From assembly GCA_018658715.1 (NCBI GenBank), contig JABHUQ010000074.1:12807-76806 (forward strand): a stretch of 64,000 nucleotides of DNA, read 5' to 3'. Positions 56,950-64,000 of this stretch are shown piece after piece. The notes under the pieces are model-generated. The model made no database searches and was not told the DNA's origin. It worked only from the letters and a program-made list of their open reading frames with translations. Each line of letters starts with the position of its first letter. Positions within the stretch are counted from its first letter, which is position 1. The position numbers and the translations under genes were made by a program. This DNA comes from Fidelibacterota bacterium. GTDB lineage: Bacteria > Fidelibacterota > Marinisomatia > Marinisomatales > UBA1611.

Positions 56950-57966
56950 ATGAAAAAGAATCATAAACTAATAGCCATCTTGTCAATTTATATCTTGCTT
57001 CTGGGGTGTGAAAATAAACGAGAAGCACTTGGGGCAGATAATGAATTAATTGTTGTTTGTGCAGATCCAGATAAAGATATTATTTATGATTTTGTTCAAT
57101 CTGTATTTGATGATACTCTTTTTACTCCACAACCTGAACCCTATTTTAAAATCAGATTTGTTAAACCGGAAGGATATATCGATTTAAAAGAACAAGCGTA
57201 TGTTGTTGTAGGCGCTATTGGAGATGATATTCATAATGATGGTGTTAAGCTAATAAAAAAGTTACTACCCGAAGAACAATATCAAAGCACCTTGGAGAAT
57301 GATCCCATTTTATTTACTCATGATTTATATGCATCAAATCAGTTATTTTTAATCGTTAATGCAAAAAGTAGGGACCAATTAATGGCATCCGTTCCTGCGA
57401 AAAAAGAATGGTTGAAAAATCAGTATTATAGCCAATTTGCAAAACGACAGAGTAAATATATTTTTGAAAATGCTCGCCGAGTTGAAGTGGAAAAAGAATT
57501 GTCTGAAAAAAATGGTTGGACCATGAAAATTCCATGGGGATGGGAAGTGATAAAAGATAGTTCCGATGTTGGGTTTTTTTGGATTGGAAAAGAAATGCCT
57601 TTCCAATGGGTATCTATTCAGTGGGAAGATGGAAAAACAATTGATGTAGTTGATGGACTGGATATTGGAAATACCATCTGGTCTTATCCTGAAACATTTT
57701 ATGAACATATACGTTTTCATGATTATAAATTTAAAATGGAGAAAGTTTATTTTAATCGAATAAAAGCATGGAAAATATCAGGCATATGGGAATCTATTGA
57801 AGAACCTCAGGGTGGCCCATTTCTTTCGTACATTTTTTATGATAAAGCATCAGATAAAACATATCATTTGAATATGCTTATATATCATCCAGGCGAAGAT
57901 AAATCTATATTTATGAGACAAATGGATTTAATAGCAAAATCATTTAGAGTTACAAAGTGGGTATGA
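56950..57966 (+). CDS. Lipoprotein of unknown function (possibly DUF4837-like)
   Basis: The lipobox LLLGC follows MKKNHKLIAILSIYI. The product is 338 aa, and the family guess is from memory only. Confidence 0.55.
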   Translation: MKKNHKLIAILSIYILLLGCENKREALGADNELIVVCADPDKDIIYDFVQSVFDDTLFTPQPEPYFKIRFVKPEGYIDLKEQAYVVVGAIGDDIHNDGVKLIKKLLPEEQYQSTLENDPILFTHDLYASNQLFLIVNAKSRDQLMASVPAKKEWLKNQYYSQFAKRQSKYIFENARRVEVEKELSEKNGWTMKIPWGWEVIKDSSDVGFFWIGKEMPFQWVSIQWEDGKTIDVVDGLDIGNTIWSYPETFYEHIRFHDYKFKMEKVYFNRIKAWKISGIWESIEEPQGGPFLSYIFYDKASDKTYHLNMLIYHPGEDKSIFMRQMDLIAKSFRVTKWV

Positions 57967-58832
57967 AGAAAATACTTATAACAGGAGCATTTGGGCAGTT
58001 AGGTCGCGCACTTACCCGTGAGTTAGAAAATGAAAATATATTGCTATTGTCCGACACAGTTATTCCACCAAATTCTGATGGATTTCAATTAGATATAACA
58101 GATCGTAAACTTGTTAAAGAATCATTACCTGCACTTGAGCTTGATTTGATTGTTAATTTAGCGGCAATGACAGATGTAGATGGATGTCAGTCTAATCCTG
58201 ATAAAGCATGGATTGTTAATTCTACTAGTGTGAAAAATTTATTGGATTTTGGACAATGTCCATTGATTCATATTTCATCTGATTATGTTTTTGATGGAGA
58301 GAATGGACCTTACAAAGAATCAGATGAAACAAGTCCAATTAATGTATATGGTGAAACAAAGTTAGAATCAGAAGAACTTATTTGGACAACGGGAAAGCGA
58401 CATTTAGTCATCCGTACAAATGTGGTTTATGATTATGAGCCAACAACAAAAGCAAGTTTCCTAAAATGGGTTGTTGAATCTTTACAAAATGACCAGGAAA
58501 TAAATGTAGTAACAGATCAATATAATAATCCAACTTGGACTAGCTCTTTAGCCGTTGTAATCAACCGATGTATCGAACTGGATGTAACAGGATTAGTCCA
58601 TTGGGGAGATAAAGATTATTTGAATCGTTTTGATTTTGCCAAGAAAATAGCAGATGTTTTTGGGTTAGATAAAAAATTAATAAATCCTATAACAAGTGAT
58701 GATTTAAATCAATTGGCTCTTCGCCCGAAAAAAGGAGGAGTCGATGCATCAATGTTATCTGTTGCAATCGGAATTGAGCCTCCGCTATTAGTAGATTCAT
58801 TACGTTCTATAAAAGAAAGATTTTCTGAATGA
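57963..58832 (+). CDS. RmlD-like NAD(P)-dependent sugar reductase (dTDP-4-dehydrorhamnose reductase family)
   Basis: It has ILITGAFGQLG (Rossmann fold), SSDYVFDG and YGETKLESE (Y-x3-K). It has an ATGA overlap with the upstream gene. Confidence 0.8.
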   Translation: MKKILITGAFGQLGRALTRELENENILLLSDTVIPPNSDGFQLDITDRKLVKESLPALELDLIVNLAAMTDVDGCQSNPDKAWIVNSTSVKNLLDFGQCPLIHISSDYVFDGENGPYKESDETSPINVYGETKLESEELIWTTGKRHLVIRTNVVYDYEPTTKASFLKWVVESLQNDQEINVVTDQYNNPTWTSSLAVVINRCIELDVTGLVHWGDKDYLNRFDFAKKIADVFGLDKKLINPITSDDLNQLALRPKKGGVDASMLSVAIGIEPPLLVDSLRSIKERFSE

Positions 58833-59542
58833 AAACATTAATTATTTCTCCAACTTATAATGAAAAAAAGAATGTACCTATTCTAGTAAAATCTGTATTT
58901 GAGTTAAACCCAGATTATCATTTATTAATTGTGGATGATAACTCCCCAGATGGGACAGCAGATATTGTTCGCTCATTACAAGAAGAATATTCCAATTTAC
59001 ATTTAGAAGTGCGACCTGGGAAAGCTGGATTGGGAACAGCATATTTATTTGGCTTCCAATGGGCTTTAGATCAAGGATATGATCGTATGGTTCAGATTGA
59101 TGCAGATTTATCTCATGACCCAAATGATATTCCTAAATTGCTTGCAGATTTAGATGAATATGATCTTGTTATTGGAAGTCGGTATTGTCAAGGAATTAGT
59201 GTAGTAAATTGGCCATTAAGACGTCTATTTTTAAGTTATGGAGCTAATTTATATTCTAGACTGATCACAGGGATTCCCATCAAAGATAGTACAGGCGGAT
59301 TTAAAGCATGGAACCGTAAAGTATTAGAATCTATCAATTTTTCAGATGTGAAATCTGAAGGATACTCTTTTCAAATTGAAATGAATTTCCGTGCTTGGCG
59401 GAAAAAATTCAATATTCATGAACATTCCATCATTTTTGTTGATCGAACCATCGGTGAATCAAAAATGAGTCGTCATATTATGTATGAAGCTATTTGGATT
59501 GTATGGCGCTTAAGAATCTGGAGATTCTTCGGCTGGATTTAA
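58829..59542 (+). CDS. Polyprenol-phosphate mannosyl/glycosyl transferase (Dpm1-like, GT2)
   Basis: It has ISPTYNEKKN, LLIVDDNSPDGT, QIDADLSHDP and FVDRTIGESKM, with an ATGA overlap. Confidence 0.85.
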   Translation: MKTLIISPTYNEKKNVPILVKSVFELNPDYHLLIVDDNSPDGTADIVRSLQEEYSNLHLEVRPGKAGLGTAYLFGFQWALDQGYDRMVQIDADLSHDPNDIPKLLADLDEYDLVIGSRYCQGISVVNWPLRRLFLSYGANLYSRLITGIPIKDSTGGFKAWNRKVLESINFSDVKSEGYSFQIEMNFRAWRKKFNIHEHSIIFVDRTIGESKMSRHIMYEAIWIVWRLRIWRFFGWI

Positions 59543-59566
59543 TCCGTTTCAGCCTTATTATATAAA

Positions 59567-60430
59567 ATGGATTTATCTATTTGTATTGTGACTCTGAATG
59601 CAAAAAGAGTCATTCAAAATTGCTTGAATTCTATACCATCGGCAGTAGGAAATCTCAGGTATGAAATCATTATTGTTGATAATAATTCTCGAGATACGAC
59701 CATAGCACTTATTAATAATCATTATCTCAAAACAACTTTAATTCAAAATACCACAAACGATGGGTATACAAAACCCATGAATCAAGCTTTAAGTTTAGCC
59801 AAAGGGAAATGGCTGTTACAATTAAACCCAGATATTGTATTATCGAAAAATTCATTGATAGGTTTAATGAATTATGCTATTAATCATCCAAAAGTGGGAT
59901 TATGTGAACCGAAAATTTTGCACGAAAATGGTGAACTCCAAAAGTCTACTCGGAGAGGGTTAGCGAGACCACAAGCTGTCATGAGTTATTTCCTTGGATT
60001 GAGTAAGTTATTCCCAAATGATCAACGGTTTACAGGCTATCAACTTAATCATTTAGATGAAAATGAAATACACATCGTACAAGGAATTTCTGGGACATGT
60101 ATGCTTACGCGAAGAGCAGTATTTGATGAAATCGGATATTTAGATGAAACCTTTTTTGCTTATCAAGAAGATTCAGATTTTTGTATTCGTGCAGAAAATG
60201 CAGGATGGGAGATTCATTATAATCCACAGTTTACTGCAACTCATTTTACGGGGCAGGGTGGATCAAAATCTGTTGCGTATTTAGCAAATTTTGAATGGCA
60301 TAGATCCTATTACAAATATTATAAAAAACACTTTTCATCGGATTATTCATTTTTATTTAATGGTTTTTATTATAGTCTCATGATTTTTAAATGTATTTTC
60401 GCATCAGTTAAAATCGCAATTACGCACTAA
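59567..60430 (+). CDS. Family 2 glycosyltransferase
   Basis: It has SICIVTLNA, IIIVDNNSRD, LNPD and YQEDSDFCIRA (the ED-x-D motif of rhamnosyl-type GT2 enzymes). Confidence 0.8.
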   Translation: MDLSICIVTLNAKRVIQNCLNSIPSAVGNLRYEIIIVDNNSRDTTIALINNHYLKTTLIQNTTNDGYTKPMNQALSLAKGKWLLQLNPDIVLSKNSLIGLMNYAINHPKVGLCEPKILHENGELQKSTRRGLARPQAVMSYFLGLSKLFPNDQRFTGYQLNHLDENEIHIVQGISGTCMLTRRAVFDEIGYLDETFFAYQEDSDFCIRAENAGWEIHYNPQFTATHFTGQGGSKSVAYLANFEWHRSYYKYYKKHFSSDYSFLFNGFYYSLMIFKCIFASVKIAITH

Positions 60431-60438
60431 TTATTATT

Positions 60439-61482
60439 ATGACTATCCAACTCCCCATATTATTCCAAATAATACTATTTTCAAGTATTGTTGGATTAAT
60501 TTTGGCTTATTTATCACTCCAAATAGCTCCAAAATTCGGATTAATGGATGATCCTAAAAGTGCAGAGCATAAAGTTCATGAAGCTCCAATTCCTTTAACA
60601 GGTGGAACGGTAATATTATTGGTTATTTGGATTGCCACTTTCTTTTTTGATTTATCTGGAGAGAATCCAATAAAAGGTATTATTCTAGCCAGTTCTATTA
60701 TATACATATTCGGCTTATGGGATGATTTAGAGCATTTAACCCCTACTATAAAATTAATTGGACAATTTTTTGGCGCACTGCTGCTTATACAAAATGGAGT
60801 TCAAATTCATTTATTTGATTCACCAGAATTTTTTATTCAACCGGGAGCACCATGGGATGTTATTCTCAATATTTCATTAACAGTATTTTGGGTTATTGCA
60901 ATTGTAAACGCATTTAATCTGATTGATAGTTTTGATGGATTAGCCGTCGGATTATCCGCTCTATCGGCTAGTTTTTTTCTAGTGATATCCATTGCATCTG
61001 GTCAAACAGAAATGGCTTATTTTAGTGCAATTATATTGGGCGGTACCTTTGCAGTCTATTTTTATAACTCTCATCCTGCAAAATTATTTTTAGGTGATTC
61101 TGGTGCTCAAACATTGGGATTTATTTTAGCATCCATGGCTATTTTATATCGCCCAAATGCTGAAAGTCAGTTGTCTTCGTGGTTTGTGCCCATTTTAGTT
61201 TTTGGCGTTCCATTATTTGATTTATGTTTGGTTTTCTTCTCACGATTGAGACGGAGGAAAAAAGTGCATTCAGCTTCTAAAGACCATACATACCATCGAT
61301 TAGCTCAACGAGGAGTAGATTTAGATCGTGCTGTTTTACTCATGCATGGCGTATCATTGATATTAAGTGTTGTTGGGTATTTATGTCTAAATTTGCCAGC
61401 ATTTTTGGCAAACAGTATATTCCTTATCTTAATGAGTATTGCTGTATCTGCCTTTTTTATATTAGATAAAAATTATGAGTAG
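60439..61482 (+). CDS. Polyprenyl-phosphate sugar-1-phosphate transferase (WecA/MraY family, GT4 fold)
   Basis: It has GLWDDLEHL, VNAFNLIDSFDGLAVG and LGDSGAQTLGF, with about 10 TM helices. Confidence 0.85.
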   Translation: MTIQLPILFQIILFSSIVGLILAYLSLQIAPKFGLMDDPKSAEHKVHEAPIPLTGGTVILLVIWIATFFFDLSGENPIKGIILASSIIYIFGLWDDLEHLTPTIKLIGQFFGALLLIQNGVQIHLFDSPEFFIQPGAPWDVILNISLTVFWVIAIVNAFNLIDSFDGLAVGLSALSASFFLVISIASGQTEMAYFSAIILGGTFAVYFYNSHPAKLFLGDSGAQTLGFILASMAILYRPNAESQLSSWFVPILVFGVPLFDLCLVFFSRLRRRKKVHSASKDHTYHRLAQRGVDLDRAVLLMHGVSLILSVVGYLCLNLPAFLANSIFLILMSIAVSAFFILDKNYE

Positions 61483-61488
61483 AGAGTT

Positions 61489-62445
61489 ATGGCAAACTAT
61501 TATCTAGAATTTGAAAAACCACTAGAATCCATTGATAATGAAATATTGGAATTGAAGGGGAATAAGGATACACCAGATGGTGTTGAAAAGCTCAATCAAT
61601 TACAACAAAAATTAACCAATCAAATATCAAAAATACACCGTAGCCTGAGTCGTTGGCAAAAAGTGCAATTAGCCCGACATCCTGAGCGTCCATATACATT
61701 GGATTATATTCAGCATCTTTCTCCCGATTTTATGGAGTTACATGGAGATAGACATTTTTCTGATGATTCGGCAGTCATTTCAGGAATAGGAACGATTGAT
61801 GGGCAGAAAGTAGCAATAATTGGTCAGCAAAAGGGGCGGAATACCAAAGATAATTTATATCGCAATTTTGGAATGATGCGACCAGACGGATATCGAAAAG
61901 CTTTGCGCATCATGAAATTAGCTGAAAAATTTAATATTCCAACTGTATCTTTTATTGATACACCTGGTGCATATCCTGGGCTGGGTGCAGAAGAACGTGG
62001 GCAAGGAGAAGCCATTGCGCGGAATTTGATGGAAATGTCTGCGCTAAAGGTGCCAATTATTTCAATTGTTATTGGAGAAGGAGCGAGTGGCGGTGCTCTT
62101 GGGATAGGCGTGTGCGACAGAATGATTATGCTTGAAAATACGTGGTATTCAGTTATAAGCCCCGAAGGATGTGCTTCTATTCTATTTCATGATGCTTCTA
62201 AAGCGCCTGATGCAGCAGAAGCTCTTAAAGTTATTCCGCAAGATTTAAAAGATGTTGGGATTTGCGATCGAATCATTCAAGAACCGAATGGTGGAGCTCA
62301 TCGTGATTTTGAATCTACAGCCATTGCATTGAAAAATGTTATCATTGAAGAATTAGATACATTATCTCAAATATCACCCGAATTATTTTTAGATAATCGA
62401 ATAGCCAAATACGATAAATTGGGATATTTCACAGTTACAGATTAA
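61489..62445 (+). CDS. accA: Acetyl-CoA carboxylase carboxyltransferase subunit alpha
   Basis: It has LEFEKPL, QLARHPERPYTLDY, FIDTPGAYPG, AEERGQGEAIA and VIGEGASGGALG. Confidence 0.95.
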   Translation: MANYYLEFEKPLESIDNEILELKGNKDTPDGVEKLNQLQQKLTNQISKIHRSLSRWQKVQLARHPERPYTLDYIQHLSPDFMELHGDRHFSDDSAVISGIGTIDGQKVAIIGQQKGRNTKDNLYRNFGMMRPDGYRKALRIMKLAEKFNIPTVSFIDTPGAYPGLGAEERGQGEAIARNLMEMSALKVPIISIVIGEGASGGALGIGVCDRMIMLENTWYSVISPEGCASILFHDASKAPDAAEALKVIPQDLKDVGICDRIIQEPNGGAHRDFESTAIALKNVIIEELDTLSQISPELFLDNRIAKYDKLGYFTVTD

Positions 62446-62446
62446 T

Positions 62447-62857
62447 ATGATAAAATATTCTTATCGTATGAAAGTCTTTTATAAAGACGTGGACAAAATG
62501 GGAATTGTATATTATTCCCGGTATTTAGAATTCTTTGAAGCAGCACGTACCGAAATGTTATCTTCCATCGGTTTAGATTATGAAAAGGTGGAAGAAAAGG
62601 GAGCTATGCTTCCAGTAATTGAAGCACATACTGAGTATAAGAAGGGAGCTGTATTTGGTCAGGATATTACAGTTCATACGACCATTGCAGAATTGCCTAA
62701 AGTGAAAATGAAATTTAATTATAAAGTCACGCATCTCAATTCAGATGAAATATTAATGACAGGGCATACTATTCATGCATTTACTAACCTAAATAGTAGA
62801 CCTATAAAAGTGCCAGATTATATAAAATCGTTGTTGGAAAGACATATGAATTCTTAA
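62447..62857 (+). CDS. YbgC/4HBT-family acyl-CoA thioesterase
   Basis: It has VFYKDVDKMGIVYYSRYLEFFEAARTE, with the catalytic Asp in the 4HBT N-terminal motif. The product is 136 aa. Confidence 0.8.
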   Translation: MIKYSYRMKVFYKDVDKMGIVYYSRYLEFFEAARTEMLSSIGLDYEKVEEKGAMLPVIEAHTEYKKGAVFGQDITVHTTIAELPKVKMKFNYKVTHLNSDEILMTGHTIHAFTNLNSRPIKVPDYIKSLLERHMNS

Positions 62858-63738
62858 TCATTATTGATTAAGTAAACTGCAAATCCCGCTAATAGTCCCC
62901 CAAGAATCGTTGGCCATTCCAATGATTCACCTAAAAATACCATGGCAAAGAGTACGGCTGTTACTGGTACAGTAAAAATGAAGGAGCTTACCTTTTTCGG
63001 CCCAAGAATGACGGCACCTTTGAAATACGTTGTGGTAGCTAATGCCATGGCTAATACAGATATCGTAATCATATTTAACCAAAATACCCAATCATAGGAA
63101 AAAATAGTTGTTAAATCTGAGTTTCGAGCCAATCCGATACTTAAAACAATTGAGAATACATAACACCAAAATGTATAGGTCATAAAGGAGATGGAATCTT
63201 TTCCTTTGGCTGTTACATTTGTCAAGGCTCCCCAAGCAACTGACGCTAGTAGAAAATATATATTTCCAGACTGGAAAAAGGATTCAGATTGAATCTCCCA
63301 AAATCGCAGTATAATGAGACCACCCAAAAATCCAAAAAACAATCCCCATATATCTTTTCGATATAAAAAGCCTCCAAGTAGTAAGGCTGAAATTAAAGTT
63401 GTAAATATGGGATTTAATGTGGTCACTAAGATACCGCCAACACTAGCCAATCCTACTTGCGTTCCTTTGAAAAATAAATAATTATAGGCTGTAATAAAAA
63501 TGGCGCCCAATAGAATATGCATTCCATTTTTAAGGGAGATCTTAAAAGTATTATTGGTGAAATAAACAACTGGCGCAAATGAGAGTGTAGCAAATATAAA
63601 TCGCCATACCATAATGACCGGTGGATCTGCGTAAAAACCCAATACTTTTGCATTTGTCCATGAAAGCCCCCAGGCAGCCATGGCTAATAGTAAATATAAA
63701 GTTAATCGTGATTCAGATTTTTTGTCTGTGGACCCCAT
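62854..63738 (-). CDS. DMT superfamily (EamA-like) transporter
   Basis: The 294-aa product has ten hydrophobic segments in a duplicated 5+5 arrangement. Its stop codon overlaps the stop of the convergent thioesterase gene. Confidence 0.8.
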   Translation of the reverse strand: MGSTDKKSESRLTLYLLLAMAAWGLSWTNAKVLGFYADPPVIMVWRFIFATLSFAPVVYFTNNTFKISLKNGMHILLGAIFITAYNYLFFKGTQVGLASVGGILVTTLNPIFTTLISALLLGGFLYRKDIWGLFFGFLGGLIILRFWEIQSESFFQSGNIYFLLASVAWGALTNVTAKGKDSISFMTYTFWCYVFSIVLSIGLARNSDLTTIFSYDWVFWLNMITISVLAMALATTTYFKGAVILGPKKVSSFIFTVPVTAVLFAMVFLGESLEWPTILGGLLAGFAVYLINND

Positions 63739-64000
63739 TCAATAAATTACAACATTTCAGTTAATAAATATCTGATTTGGTTTCTTTCATTGTATTGGCT
63801 GAATTGTAGTTATTTCAAAAATTACGGAGAAAATATCCAGAATCTATATTGGTCATTACGTTCATGATGAGCAATAAGTAACAATGGCATATAAGTGGAA
63901 ATGAAGCTCCTTGAGTGTTGTTTGTCTTTTAATGAATTTAATTTTAGATTTCCCTTTCACAATATATATCAGGAACTATAAGTATGAAACATATCAAATT

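Noticed and set aside
1-64000. Search for CRISPR arrays, tRNA/rRNA genes, transposases, integrases, phage or known defence-system genes, compositional islands and a non-standard genetic code.
   Set aside because: I saw no repeat-spacer periodicity and no tRNA-like T-arm in a non-coding context. The only GGTTCGAA is inside a CDS at ~10475. No recombinase or transposase motifs appear in any long ORF. AT-richness is uniform, and TAA, TAG and TGA all end long ORFs. The window looks like core chromosome. This was an eye scan, not a computed one.
63739-64000. A possible gene start (ATG at ~63985) or ncRNA in the terminal 262-bp non-coding stretch.
   Set aside because: Only 16 nt of any downstream ORF are visible. 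I saw no structure, repeat or motif in the spacer, so the evidence is insufficient.

Overview
The window is AT-rich (roughly one-third G+C by eye, not computed) and densely packed. It reads as core bacterial chromosome, not an accessory island. I call about 58 CDS, all but five on the + strand. Many neighbours have overlapping start/stop codons (ATGA, GTGA, TTGA, TAATG), so long co-transcribed, translationally coupled strings are likely.

Recognisable housekeeping genes:
- Translation and protein handling: groEL (3' end), alaS, asnS, lepA, rpsT, rimO, ftsY, tatC, lgt.
- DNA repair: uvrB and a DinG-type helicase.
- Metabolism: guaB, hutH, nadE, fabH, accA.
- Many envelope proteins are interleaved with these: a TonB-dependent receptor, an Omp85-like barrel, a T9SS/FlgD-Ig-tailed propeller, an LptE-like lipoprotein and polyprenyl-phosphate glycosyltransferases.

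Several features suggest a streamlined member of the Fibrobacteres-Chlorobi-Bacteroidetes (FCB) superphylum, possibly Marinimicrobia-like. These are the T9SS-like C-terminal domain, the DUF5683-like protein, the sigma-54 activator next to the LptE-like gene, and the carboxypeptidase-regulatory-domain TonB receptor. This origin is inference only.

I found no rRNA, tRNA, CRISPR array, transposase, integrase, prophage or obvious defence genes. There was no compositional break and no sign of a non-standard genetic code.

The best candidate for something undescribed is a tightly coupled four-gene outer-membrane module at 51465-57966. It encodes an NHL-like propeller, a 1091-aa beta-rich protein, a short Omp85-family barrel and a lipoprotein. 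It sits between lgt and a minimal polyprenyl-phosphate glycan cluster.

Secondary observations:
- an exonuclease-DinG fusion that keeps the Fe-S cysteine signature;
- a tandem ABC ATPase with one dead and one live ATP site and no permease;
- a pair of small secreted paralogues coupled to NAD-linked enzyme genes;
- a cNMP-sensor/AI-2E transporter pair divergent from a Crp regulator;
- an orphan MeaB GTPase overlapping tatC;
- a G8 homopolymer in a secreted-protein gene;
- a 398-bp intergenic region with an unlisted 42-codon membrane-peptide ORF.

All family assignments come from motif reading without database searches.
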